64,000 nucleotides of DNA from Pecten maximus (Eukaryota): assembly GCF_902652985.1 (NCBI RefSeq), contig NC_047019.1, positions 6,200,001-6,264,000 of the forward strand, in the 5' to 3' direction. The notes beneath the pieces are model-generated. The model was given only the letters and a program-made list of their open reading frames with translations. It was not told the DNA's origin and did not search any database. A program made the position numbers and the translations under genes. Below, piece after piece: positions 42,101 through 57,100 of the stretch. Every line of letters starts with the position of its first letter. Position 1 is the first letter of the stretch.

Positions 42101-45100
42101 CACTGAATGATTCCATGTCATTTTTTTTTTTTTTTTTTACATCTTTTCTGTACTTTTCTCCTCTTTCCACTTAATTATCCATTCTATTGACAAGTTGTAT
42201 TGACCAAATATGCCTGTATTTCATTTCTTGAATGGTTCCGTAATTAAACTTTTTCAATTACATAGGGGAAGAGAAGAAACTACGAATGTATTCTGGGAAA
42301 GATCAAATATGCAAAGAACAATCTATGAAATAGCAATAACAAAATTTTACCATCAAAATCCAAGATGCCTGCCAGTCAGCCATCTTGCATTTCTGATCAG
42401 TCTTAAGTTTATATACATCATGTATATGCACAAATGCCAGGCTTGAATAAATGGGAATTACAAAGGGTTGAAACCTAACATTGTCAAAAATCCATGATGC
42501 CTGCCTGTCAGCCATTTTTTATCTATTCTACCCCCATTAGTTTCATTATTGGACATGCAAAAGGCAAAGGAACCCTGTACATGATATTTGAGAAAAATTC
42601 ATGATGTATTTTTTATGTTATACTCCAACGGTTTCAGTTGAATTGAATTCCCTGGGGATTGCTTCATCATAAATTCAATATCATCTTCACCATTTCTTAA
42701 ATGATTAATGATTTAAAATTATCAAACTGAGAGTGAAATATGTATCACAGCATTCACCAAAATAGGTAAAATTTGGTAAAAATATTGCAAAGTAAAATAT
42801 TGTTTTATCACAATCTATAATCACCTTTAAGGTCTGTACAGAGTCTCAATAAATTTTGAAAGATTTTTGTTGCAGTTAACCCATGACTGATCATAAATTC
42901 CCATCAACCAGAAATAATCATAACAGGGTTTAATACAGTAGGGAAATCTATTCCAAACAAAATAATGTTCACATGCGGGGTTGGTGAGGCAATAGGGGAC
43001 ACTATACAAGGGTACTACTCTTACTGTAAATGTATATATTTTAGGGGTAATCTCATTTTAGCGATTTTTTGCTCAGTAAGAATTTCGCTAAATTTTTTTA
43101 TTGTGCTAATGGTTGTTTATCTACAATGTTTTACATGACAAGCATTGTCGTTGCTCTAATTCATCATTCCACTAATCTGCTATGATTTGCTTTTATGCGA
43201 AAATTTGAGCACACCAAAATAAATCTGTTTACAGTAATCAAATGAACACTTTAAATACACGATATGTTATTCCAACACGGAACAGTATTTACCGAAGACT
43301 TGGAAGCATTTTACAGAGACCTGTCCCCGTGTTCATCATCATGAATGCAGGCCATCCATAGGCAGCCAGGGCAAAACGCATGTAATGAACTACCAGTTTG
43401 TACTCTTCCATAACCTCCGGTTGGCCCAGCTGTAGGAACTCGGTCTGTGGGGTGATTGCACGCCCCGATAGGTACTGATAAACATCATTACTGCCCTGAA
43501 AAACAAAAATACATTTTGTACATACATCGAACAACTATCACTGACCAATAGTTTCAGAATACACAGGATATTTGGAACCACACAACTGATTGTACTTGTA
43601 AAAATTCATTCAGTGGGACCTAGCCTATATAGTTCATGAAAGTGTCAAAATGTCTTCAGTTGTGTGATGTCATCATTGCTTACCTTTCTAATGTTTCAAG
43701 GCTTTACACCTATGTGCCAAAATATACAGAACAATAGGGTTTGTATTGTGCCCTTGTTTCTTTGTCCCCTGACCATGAAAATAATACTGTCCCTTACTCG
43801 AGTCTGTGGTGGCCATCTTATTGACCAAGGTACAACTTGACAACACCTGCCCCATAACTTTGATCACAAAGTTTTGTCTCTCAAAGCCGAGTGATGCTTC
43901 AGATCAACTTTAGTTACAATTCCTTCACCTGTACTGAAGGAGAAGTCTTTAGAAATATACCTTGCTACTTATTGTGTCATATGCTTCCTGACTGGGATTT
44001 CTCCTTATTTACAGCATTATAAAGGTGTACCTGCAGAGGTGTTGTACTAAAGACCTTGGCTACTATGGTAAGATAATTCCTGTACTGGGCAGTGTAATCA
44101 CTTATGTAGATAGTACAACATAATGAATCAGCTCTAAATAAACCAATGTAACAAACAAGTGCTGTTGTACCATGCCTTAAACTCTGCCTACACAATTCTT
44201 CACTTAGCTTTGTTTACGATTTAATTGTTCCGTTAAGCGTTACAAAATCAATTTGATGTGGATGTGTCTATTTCCAATTCCAGCTTTACAGTTTTGTACC
44301 TTATTGACATATATTTGCCAACAACTTCCATATGTCCGCACCAATCAAAACAAACATTACTTAAAGTAACTAATATTGATTGTATATGCCCCAATTCCTT
44401 CTACAAGCCATATCAATTTGATTTGGCTGTAACCATAACCTACATAGCCAGGGTATTGGAACTGGAAGAAAATTCGTCTACTATTATTTCAGATGTATTG
44501 TTTGCTACAAATTAATTATTTCCAGTCATAGCAAGTCCCAAGCTACAAAAACACATTCAGAAACAAATCTCAAGCAGGCATTTATCCAGAGTCTACTAGA
44601 TTGTTCTCTGTATACACCAGCCAAATCAGTGAAGATACTATCAACTTCAAGACAATGGCCTCCAAAACAAAATTAAGTGAAAGAAAATCACCACCGAAAC
44701 AATGAGCACAAAGACATTATTTATGGTCTCCAAAACACCAATAACCACTAGAGCATGTTTGTCAGTGGTCTCCAAAACACCAATCATTGCCAGGGCATGT
44801 TTGTGGTCTCCAAAACACCAATCATTGCCAGGGCATGTTTGTGGTCTCCAAAACACCAATCATTGCCAGGGCATGTTTGTGGTCTCCAAAACACCAATCA
44901 TTGCCAGGACATGTTTGTGGTCTCCAAAACACCAATCATTGCCAGGACATGTTTGTGGTCTCCAAAACACCAATCATTGCCAGGGCATGTTTATGTCTCC
45001 AAAACACCAATCATTGCCAGGGCATGTTTGTGGTCTCCAAAACACCAATCATTGCCAGGACATGTTTGTTGTCTCCAAAACACCAATCATTGCCAGGGCA

Positions 45101-48100
45101 TGTTTGTGGTCTCCAAAACACCAATCATTGCCAGGACATGTTTGTGGTCTCCAAAACACCAATCATTGCCAGGACATGTTTGTGGTCTCCAAAACACCAA
45201 TCATTGCCAGGGCATGTTTGTGGTCTCCAAAACACCAATCATTGCCAGGACATGTTTGTGGTCTCCAAAACACCAATCATTGCCAGGACATGTTTGTGGT
45301 CTCCAAAACACCAATCATTGCCAGAGCATGTTTGTGGTCTCCAAAACACCAATCATTGCCAGGGCATGTTTGTGGTCTCCAAAACACCAATCATTGCCAG
45401 GGCATGTTTGTGGTCTCCAAAACACCAATCATTGCCAGGACATGTTTGTGGTCTCCAAAACACCAATCATTGCCAGGACATGTTTGTGGTCTCCAAAACA
45501 CCAATCATTGCCAGGACATGTTTGTGGTCTCCAAAACACCAATCATTGCCAGGACATGTTTGTGGTCTCCAAAACACCAATCATTGCCAGGACATGTTTG
45601 TGGTCTCCAAAACACCAATCATTGCCAGGACATGTTTGTGGTCTCCAAAACACCAATTATTGCCAGGGCATGTTTATGTCTCCAAAACAACAATCATTGC
45701 CAGGACATGTTTGTGGTCTCCAAAACACCAATCATTGCCAGGACATGTTTGTGGTCTCCAAAACACCAATCATTGCCAGGGCATGTTTGTGGTCTCCAAA
45801 ACACCAATCATTGCCAGGACATGTTTGTGGTCTCCAAAACACCAATCATTGCCAGGACATGTTTGTGGTCTCCAAAACAGCAATCATTGCCAGGGCATGT
45901 TTGTGGTCTCCAAAACACCAATCATTGCCAGGACATGTTTGTGGTCTCCAAAACACCAATCATTGCCAGGACATGTTTGTGGTCTCCAAAACACCAATCA
46001 TTGCCAGAGCATGTTTGTGGTCTCCAAAACACCAATCATTGCCAGGGCATGTTTGTGGTCTCCAAAACACCAATCATTGCCAGGGCATGTTTGTGGTCTC
46101 CAAAACACCAATCATTGCCAGGACATGTTTGTGGTCTCCAAAACACCAATCATTGCCAGGGCATGTTTGTGGTCTCCAAAACACCAATCATTGCCAGGGC
46201 ATGTTTGTGGTCTCCAAAACACCAATCATTGCCAGGACATGTTTGTGGTCTCCAAAACACCAATTATTGCCAGGGCATGTTTTATCTCCAAAACACCAAT
46301 CATTGCCAGGGCATGTTTATGTCCCCAAAACACCAATCATTGCCAGGGCATGTTTATGTCTCCAAAACACCAATCATTGCCAGGACATGTTTATGTCTCC
46401 AAAACACCAATCATTGCCAGGGCATGTTTATGTCTCCAAAACACCAATCATTGCCAGGACATGTTTGTGGTCTCCAAAACACCAATCATTGCCAGGGCAT
46501 GTTTGTGGTCTCCAAAACACCAATCATTGCCAGGACATGTTTGTGGTCTCCAAAACACCAATCATTGCTAGGGCATGTTTGTGGTCTCCAAAACACCTAT
46601 CATTGCCAGGGCATGTTTGTGGTCTCCAAAACACCAATCATTGCCAGGGCATGTTTGTTGTCTCCAAAACACCAATCATTGCCAGGACATGTTTGTGGTC
46701 TCCAAAACACCAATCATTGCCAGGGCATGTTTGTGGTCTCCAAAACACCAATCATTGCCAGGACATGTTTGTGGTCTCCAAAACACCAATCATTGCCAGG
46801 ACATGTTTGTGGTCTCCAAAACACCAATCATTGCCAGGACATGTTTGTGGTCTCCAAAACACCAATCATTGCCAGGACATGTTTGTGGTCTCCAAAACAC
46901 CAATCATTGCCAGGACATGTTTGTGGTCTCCAAAACACCAATCATTGCCAGGACATGTTTGTGGTCTCCAAAACACCAATCATTGCCAGGGCATGTTTGT
47001 GGTCTCCAAAACACCAATCATTGCCAGGGCATGTTTGTGGTCTCCAAAACACCAATCATTGCCAGGACATGTTTGTGGTCTCCAAAACACCAATTATTGC
47101 CAGGGCATGTTTATGTCTCCAAAACACCAATCATTGCCAGGGCATGTTTATGTCCCCAAAACACCAATCATTGCCAGGGCATGTTTATGTCTCCAAAACA
47201 CCAATCATTGCCAGGACATGTTTATGTCTCCAAAACACCAATCATTGCCAGGGCATGTTTATGTCTCCAAAACAACAATCATTGCCAGGACATGTTTGTG
47301 GTCTCCAAAACACCAATCATTGCCAGGGCATGTTTGTGGTCTCCAAAACACCAATCATTGCCAGGACATGTTTGTGGTCTCCAAAACACCAATCATTGCT
47401 AGGGCATGTTTGTGGTCTCCAAAACACCTATCATTGCCAGGGCATGTTTGTGGTCTCCAAAACACCAATCATTGCCAGGGCATGTTTGTTGTCTCCAAAA
47501 CACCAATCATTGCCAGGGCATGTTTGTGGTCTCCAAAACACCAATCATTGCCAGGGCATGTTTGTGGTCTCCAAAACACCAATCATTGCCAGGGCATGTT
47601 TGTGGTCTCCAAAACACCAATCATTGCCAGGGCATGTTTGTGGTCTCCAAAACACCAATCATTGCCAGGGCATGGTTGTGGTCTCCAAAACACCAATCAT
47701 TGCCAGGGCATGTTTGTTGTCTCCAAAACACCAATCATTGCCAGGGCATGTTTGTGGTCTCCAAAACACCAATCATTGCCAGGGCATGTTTGTGGTCTCC
47801 AAAACACCAATCATTGCCAGGACATGTTTGTGGTCTCCAAAACACCAATCATTGCCAGGACATGTTTGTGGTCTCCAAAATACCAATAAATACTAGGGCA
47901 TGTTTGTGGTCTCCAAAACACCAATAAATACTAGGGTATGTTTGTGGTCTCCAAGATACCAATAAATACTAGGGCATGTTTGTGGTCTCCAAAACACCAA
48001 TAAACACTAGGGCATGTTTGTGGTCTCCAAAACACCAATAAATACTAGGGTATGTTTGTGGTCTCCAAGATACCAATAAATACTAGGGCATGTTTGTGGT

Positions 48101-51100
48101 CTCCAAAACACCAATAAACACTAGGGCATGTTTGTGGTCTCCAAAACACCAATAAATACTAGGGTATGTTTGTGGTCTCCAAGATACCAATAAATACTAG
48201 GACATGTTTGTGGTCTCCAAAACACCAATAAATACTAGGGCATGTTTGTTTGTGGTCTCCAAAACACCAAAAAATACTAGGGCATGTTTGTGGTCTCCAA
48301 GATACCAATAAATACTAGGGCATGTTTGTTTGTGGTCTCCAAAACACCAATAAACACTAGGGCATGTTTGTGGTCTCCAAAACACCAATAAATACTAGGG
48401 CATGTTTGTTTGTGGTCTCCAAAACACCAATAAATACTAGGGCATGTTTGTGGTCTCCAAGATATCAATAAATACTAGGGCATGTTTGTGGTCTCCAAAA
48501 CACCAATAAATACTAGGGCATGTTTGTGGTCTCCAAAACACCAATAAACACTAGGGCATGTTTGTGGTCTCCAAAACACCAATAAACACTAGGGCATGTT
48601 TGTGGTCTCCAAAACACCAATAAATAATAGGGCATGTTTGTGGTCTCCAAAACACCAATAAATACTAGGGTATGTTTGTGGTCTCCAAGATACCAATAAA
48701 TACTAGGGCATGTTTGTTGTCTCCAAAACACCAATAAACACTAGGAAATGTATGTTTGTGGTCCCCAAAACATCAATAAACACTAGGAAATGTATGTTTG
48801 TGGTCTCCAAAACACCAATAAGCACTAGGTCCTGTATGTTTGCGGTCTCCAAAACACCAATAAACACTAGGGCATGTTTGTGGTCTCCAAAACACTAATA
48901 AGTACTAGGGCCTGTTTGTATATGTACTCTAAAATATCGCTTGAAATAAGACAGGTTGGGCTGCAAACCACCAATATGAATGCTCTAGAATATCAATGAG
49001 TCCTCAGACATTAAGTATTGTAAATTAATACAGAGACAATCTAAAATTGTCTGGGGAGTCAATGACAAGAATTCACTTCATCAAAAAACTTCTCCCTTTC
49101 AACACTTTATATAAAAAGCTGGGAAACTGATATTGTAAGTGGTACAAAATTGATCCAAGTCTAACAAATTTTATGTTGGTGTCTATCAGACACCCTAACC
49201 TACCAAACATTTTCTGAACTTTACCAATATCATTGACTAATGTTAAGAGTAGGATGGCTAAGCTACACCAGTGATCCATACAATTACTGTACATTCATAC
49301 ATCATTAGGAAAATATCCGGAACATCTCCAGCCAAATGAGAGGCTCTTCACCACTTAACCAACATTCTAAGAACAGCAGTGCAGTTAAGTCAGGATTCAA
49401 GTCAATAAAAATGAGTCTTGTGAGAAACAAACTGCTTGTATGACTACAGCAATGCATGATACCAGGGTGGTGATTTAATTACAATCCTTAAAAAAATCTG
49501 CTGGTGTGATGTCACACATCGACTTCATTTATGGACAATAAAAAAGTGAAGCATTCCAAAATTTGTTATCCATATAAAAATTACAATGAAAAATGTATTT
49601 AGTTTTTGTTGAATTAAAAAGCAAAGATAATTGATCTGAACCAAGTACACAGATCTCCCGAGAGTTGACATACTGTTTCCTGGTAGGAGACCTTGGCAGG
49701 TGGATAATTGATGAGGGCCTTCTCAGACAGCAAGACTATCTAGGTATTCATCTGCATTCTAAAAGCTTATTGGAATTTCCCAATCCTAGCAGACCTTGCA
49801 ATGTTTCAGATGTTTTAAATGAAATGTTGACCGACAGACCATAAAAGGTTAACGGCTGGTTGGCATGCAACCTGACAACGCCTTCTAGTTCTGATCAAAG
49901 TGATATCAGACGAAGTACTCACCTCTGTGACTACATGGTGCATTTGAAGCTTTTGATGGCGACGAAGCAGAACAAATCCTGCAATGACATCTGATGGTAC
50001 CACGTCTAGATCGCGAAAAAACTCTGTGAACAATTTGGCTACCTCTGCTATTGAATTCTGAAAGAAAATTACAATAGATTTTATGTGTAATGAAAAAGTT
50101 TAGAATAAATGTTGCAAGGTTGATGGAAGATCACCAAACTTGTACCAACTGTCGGTGTGAATAGACAAAGAGAATTTTAGACTAGAAAACTGAAAGATGA
50201 CTAAAGCACACACCACTGAGATTATGTTCTATTTCAAAATATTGACAATTTGATTATGTTAGAACAAACATTGAGATTATATTCTATTTCAAAATATTGA
50301 CAATATGTTAGTACATAAATGCCAAGTATGTAGTTGGACAAGTTCCTTATGCATCAAAAAGCATGGACAGAATCAGACTAACAGGAAAGAGTTTTTAGAA
50401 GTAACTGTCTAAACGTCTTCACATTAGCCAGACGCCAAATTGTCACAGTCCAAGATGATTGAATAATGATAATACATCCTTATTGTACCAAGAGAACACA
50501 CGCTTAAAAAGTTATATATGCCTGTAGTTTTTGTTTGTGGTCTCCAATCTTTGAATTCGGATTCAAGAGATATTTATTTTTTCACATTGGGATAAATACC
50601 ACTTTAAACCGAAATTGACTTAATGCGTCTGAAAAGACAATATTAGAAGTAATATCATCTATTCTCTTTTTAGTATCAGTGACCTTGACCTCAGACCTTG
50701 TCATGATCATGTGAAATTTCAGAATTCTTGGAAAACCTAGATGTGGGAATGGACACAATCATTACTATATGACACTCTATCTTACATTTTGGGCTATAAA
50801 TATTCTGATGATTTAGGATGGAGCACTGATATTACACTGGGAAATCTGTCAGAAGACAAGATGAAGCATTGAATATGAAATAGAAGTCCCTGGTCAGCTG
50901 ATTACTGTCTGGGGAGAAATTTTCACGCGATAATGTTTGTGTTCCTTACCCTGTTGGTGGCATCCCTCTCCACACAACAGCAGAGAAACCGGAATCTCCT
51001 ATCCCAACTCTCCTCATAGGCCCGGATAGCTTTCCTTCAAGTAGGCAGATCAATCACATTATTTTATCACTATGTGAACCAACATTCCTCTTTCAAATAA

Positions 51101-54100
51101 CACAATGATACTAATGTTAAAACAAAATATCAACACAAGACCCAAGGTGTTTTAACCTTTAAAAAATTTATGAATCATATCAAATTTAAAAACTTTTTAA
51201 AGTTTTATTATTGAAAAATATATCCAACTTGACTACTTTTTAAAGTTTTATAAGTGAAAAATATTACAATGTTTAATTATATTTCTTATTATTACTGAAT
51301 GGTAGCAAATATCTGAACTTTCACAATGATATTTAAATTCTTAATCTTTATTTTTTTTTTTAATTAATTCAAATTATCTTATTTACATATCAGTGAGTAA
51401 CACTTTCTTGTATAATATGTATGAATCTTGTGAGAGACTAGTTGAATATATCTTAAAATGAGCTTTAATAACTAATAACCTTGAATATACTATCAACAAG
51501 TAACAACTCATGATGATTGGCACTAATTGTATCTTATGACATAGCTACTCCATCATTAGGGCAATTAACACCCAGATCATTTAAAACTAGCAAATTTGTG
51601 ACTGGTTATTGTTCCATGCATTTCAAACTGTGATGCTTAAAATGTCACAAAAGGAGGCGTTATGGACTAAAAATATCAACATTCTTAAAGATTTCATAAC
51701 AGCAAACAAAATATTCTGTTTTCACTATTATTTGTAATAAAATCTTGGTTATGTGATAAAAAAGAACCTGATTTTTGTTTCCATTTCAAATGAGATTTAT
51801 AAAATTATTCTTTAAATCTTAAATTAGCTCAAGGCTCATTGAAATATAACGTATTTGTAAACTCATATAAAATGAAAACAAATGTAAGGTATTAGATTAT
51901 ACAGTGCATTCGGTTAAGTTAGTATTGACAATTATTTCCCAATATCTAGAAATGCACTTCTCATATTGTTTAAAAATGTTCATCACACTTGCCTGTAGCA
52001 TTTCTACATCTAGTAGACAAAATAAAGCCGATATCATATATCAAGCTCTCACAATGTAATTATACAAACTCACAAAAACACACAAATATATTACACCTAT
52101 ATATCTTCATGGCCTGAGATTTCCAAATTGCATTGTCTTGATACAGAGATTTCATTGCTGATTAAAAGCATTAAAAATAGAAATATAGGATAAGATAGTA
52201 AATTCAATGTATGTAATGTGCTTGCTGTGTTCATGCTGGATATTTTAGGGCCTGCTAATAAATCTAAATGCAAGTGTATAAGAATTGCAGACAAATAAAA
52301 GTCGTCATATGTATCAAACAGTATATTTATCACTATATAGCTAATAGATTTCAATAAACCCAGCTGAAATTTTCAGCCGATGGACAGAGTATATTTATCA
52401 CAAATAGATTTCAATAAACCAAGCCGAAATTTTCAGCCGATGGCCAGAGTATATTATTATATTAGAACATAAGTGACTATATAATCGTATAGGGAAGTAT
52501 TTTTATTTGTATTATAAGATAAGCAACCATCTGTTGTTGACCTTTTTGCTCCCTCAGCCTGAAGGACAGTCTCCACATCTTACCTGATATAAATACACTA
52601 TAGACATGTTTACAGAGCTCTCATCTAACGTCATGTACAACACAAACCAATTATCGTCCCTAATTACCACTTAAGATATCTCTACTTAACAAATAAATTC
52701 ACGACAATCGAATATACATGTAATAAACCGAACAGGAAATGAACATTTTATGGGAATAAATATCTAAAGTATGGTAGGTATACTTATATTGGTATTTGTA
52801 ACAATGGGTGGATTGGTGAATCATGTCCCTATGATATCACTAAAAAAGATTTGTCATATTTGTCTTGTATATATATAACTATAATCATATTTATCTGATT
52901 TTTATAAAAATCATGCCAATCGTGATTTTTTTTTTTTTTTTTTTACCTAGAAAATTTTTTTTTTTTTAAATCTTAATCTGAAATTTAACCTAACTTATCA
53001 GTAAATTAAACTATCAAAACCTTCCTTGTGGAGATATAAAAAAACAGAACATGTAGGGTTTTTATTAGAATGTGTACTGTCTGTACCCTGACAGTCTGAG
53101 TGAAGCTGGTGGACCTGGTATAAGAGCCAATGACTATGGGAGGGGACACTCTGATTCAGATATTTTATTGACCTGAATTGTTTACTCAAACAAGACAAGG
53201 GAAGTATGCTCAGTGACCTTTCCCAGATCACACAATCTGCAATGATTTCACAATAAAAACATTGTAATGCATATGCAAATAATGATATCTGATACCTGAT
53301 CATTTTAACCAAGAAGTCCTTTCAAGATCTGAGAATTTTTCAATCGTAAAGTGCACCAGAGCAATTTTGATAAAGTGGAATTCATCAATCAAAAACGTAC
53401 TATTAAGACTTGACCACTCTATCTGAAGACAGAGGAAATGGACGATCAACGTTAATGCTGTCGTGCCACACAACCTTTCAGTCAGCTCACAATAACTGTC
53501 TGGATATGACGCATATGTTTAGTGTGTAACACCTCAGGAAAGTGTACGGCGAGACCAATGTCTGGACCAGTGGTGTTATATAGCTATGTCCGACATTCTC
53601 TTGACATAATCTTCTGATTGGATTGTGGTTTTCATCCTTTTTTTTTTTTTTTTACAAATTAAAAAGTATAGCACCACAGGAAAACAAACTGAGCAATCTA
53701 ATGTCTGAACCAATTGGCTCTGTTGGCCGTTCACTTTACTTAAACTTCTGATTGGATTGTGTTTTTAGTTATTTTTTTTTCAAATTAAAGGAAAACATAC
53801 TGAGAATCCATTGTCTGGACCTGTATACTGGTGTAAAAGCTTTGTTGGACAAACACTTCATATAGGATTCTAATTTGATTGCATTAATTTTTGTTTATTT
53901 TTTTTTCAAATTCAAAACTCTAGTATACAGCTGCAGATTATATAACTGGCCGTATTTACAAATGTCGTAAAATTACAGATTAAAATTTTCACGAATCTCC
54001 ACAGAAATAACCTGCTATAAATTCTTTACAATCAATAACTTCCTTGAAGTATCACTTGAGTTAACCCCTTAATATATCACTAAACATATCTATGAATACA

Positions 54101-57100
54101 TGTATATATGGCAGGACAAATGTTGACCCAGTGTAACCTGGTTTGTTTTCGGTTAGGTTTTATATTATTTAAAACGTCCTATAATAATTAACAGCTAAGG
54201 TCATATCATGATGGCTTCCCCTGTGTAAAATTGTTTGTGATAGTGCAGAAACGATGCTGACATTCTAGTGCCGAGGACATCCAGCAGGGCATCCCACATG
54301 GTCACATGATACTGATAAAATGTTTGTAAAAATGAATTTTCTTTTCATGGTATAGACATATATACACTGAAGAGCAGCAAGAGCTGTGAAAGTGCTAGAA
54401 AGATTGTCGTTAAGGTTTTTTTTGTTTTTTTTTATATATATCCAACTCTACATGGACACAAACTTTTTTCTATTTTTTTAGCAACTAGTGGGAACTTTCT
54501 ACAGAAATTATCACCGTATGCCAACAAAGATGTATGCTCATGACCTAGTCCTATAACAGTTTGTATCAAATGGTGAACCTAGTGCAGTACTGGCTTACTC
54601 TGCCTATCACATAAAGTAGTGGGCACATCCACCTTACATCTATTTTCCCTGGATTTTTTAACAAGAGGCCCATGGGGCCTGTATCGCTCACCTGGTTGGA
54701 TTTGACCAAATGTCAAAATAATGTTCATGTTCAATTCCTTTTGTTTGTTAACCTCAAACAATGCTATTTATGGTTATAGCGTGGGGATCCCAACTGCTTT
54801 AAAGAAATAATAAAGTCCAGACTCTCTGAGTTTACAACATGCATTTATAACTTTATGACTAGTAGTGATTTAAAGGAATTACCTCTATTTCCCCTATTGG
54901 GCCCCGCCCCTCAGGCCCCTTGGGGGTCAGAGTCAACATTTATGCAAAATCTGATCCCCTTCCCTGAAGGATGTTTCTGACCAAATCGGGTTCAAATCCA
55001 TTCATAACTTTATGACTAGTAGCGATTTGAAGGAATTACCTCTATTTCCCCATTAGGCCCCGCCCATTTGGCCCCTTGGTGGTCAGAGTCAACATTTATG
55101 CAAAATCTGTTCCCCTTCCCCAAAGGATGTTTCTGACCAAATTGGGTTCAAATCCATTCATAACTTTATGACTAGTAGCGATTTAAAGGAATTGCCTCAA
55201 TTTCCCCTATTGGGCCCCGCCCCTCAGGCCCCTTGGGGGTCAGAGTCACCATTTATGCAAAATCTGTTCCCCTTCCCCAAAGGATGTTTCTGACCAAATT
55301 TGGTCAAAATCCAATAAGAACTTTTTGACTAGTAGCGATTTGAAGCAAATGTTGACGGACGGACGACGGACGACGGACGCCGCACCATGGCATAAGCTCA
55401 CCGGACCTTCGGTCCAGGTGAGCTAACAATATACAACGGAATAAGAGAAAATAAAATTATTGCTTTAATAATTCCAATACTGACTATAATAAGTTAAGGA
55501 TGAAAAAATTATCTAAAGATGTATTAATTTAAATAAGCTTTCTGATCTCTGTATAATGTTATAATGTTGCAAGATTAGAAAAAAACTTTTTTTTTAGCGA
55601 AATGAGTTCCTCTAATTCTTACAGGAAATTAGGAACCAAGGGTGGCCTACAAACGAAATATGAGAGAGACACATTAAATACTTTCCGACAAATAGTGATA
55701 ACAAACTTCAACTGTCAAAATTCAAAATGGCTGCTGCATGTCAGCCTTTTGATATTGTTTTCCAATCAGTCTTATAACTGAATATGAACAACTTAGGATC
55801 AAGGAATCCTACATTTGAAATCTGAGAAGAATCCATTTGATAATATACGGTAAATTCTCTCTGCAACTGTTGAGCTTTAGCTTGTTACTGAAGTGATGCA
55901 GATGTAAACATCGAATATTCATGACCTTCCAGGATGTTGCAGTTCTAAGAATAACACCATTCCGTAGAGACTCGATATACCTGTGTTCAAAGGTGTGACG
56001 CATACAATACTCCCACTATGTGAACAGATGCAGGATGAGCAATCAATTATTGGTAATCATTGGCATCAATCCAATTCATAATTAATATTACAGATGGCTC
56101 TGGATAGTAACAGGGCTTTGTTGATGTTTGTTCTAAGTATCAGATGGTGAGAGTGATGACTGACAAAGCCTGATATATAAACACGTATTATTCTAAAACG
56201 TCCACTTAGAATGTCATCAAATCACATAGTGTTAGTTTAATTCATTACCCAGTACATTTACCTCTTCAGGATTTTTTTTTTTTTATACAGATATTTGTAT
56301 ATAAAATGTATATATTTTATTAGATGAACATTGTCACAATATTGAACTCTATTCATGAAAAGTGATGGAAACAACACGACAAGCTGACACAATGGAAATA
56401 GAATGTAACATATTTCAGTCACCGATGCATTAACAAACATCCCCCACAGCTGTGTTACATATTAAACCAGATTTTATTCCGAGATCAATGGAAAAATATG
56501 ATACAACTGCACTGGATAATAGTACACAAGGTATTTACATGACTCGCGATCTAGTCATGACTTTTACAAATGTTTATAAAATGGAATTATACATGCTTCA
56601 AGCATCAAAAGAAAAGTCAATCAACACTTTGAGAAAAATTTATTTGAAAAATATTTCTTTGACACAATATCTCTAAGTTTTTTTTGTAGTATACATAGGT
56701 CTGTTTAAAAAAAAAAAAAAAATAATAATAATTTCAAATTGTCATTGTAAGTCTCACTGTACATTATTAACCTCAGATATATGTACTATGCTGAACCAAA
56801 AATGAAATATTTTGAAAGCCCTAAAATCTAACAGGTGCTAATTAACGTATAATTAATCCCATGCTATCAATTATCTAGATTAACTTATTTTTGGAAACGG
56901 GTAAATTGTGCATAAGAAAAGACTATATTTAGTGCATATGTCTTTTACAAGCTTTTATAAGTTTCATTAATGGTGAATATATTTCAAAGAGACATGCTCA
57001 AGCCTGTTACAGAAAGAAATGACGATGCTTAATCAAGAAGACTTTTATAGAATGAAATTGATAAATATCAGCCCTAAACTCAATATACGGTTAGGATACA

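Noticed and set aside
44702-47927. Very long plus-strand ORFs (1064, 1044 and 594 aa)
   Set aside because: They are translations of a stop-free 38-bp tandem unit, open in all three frames and antisense within a DAGLA intron; no evidence of coding function.
27384-48905. CRISPR-like appearance of the regular 32-46-bp repeats
   Set aside because: Units are head-to-tail with no unique spacers, there are no cas genes, and the context is eukaryotic introns.
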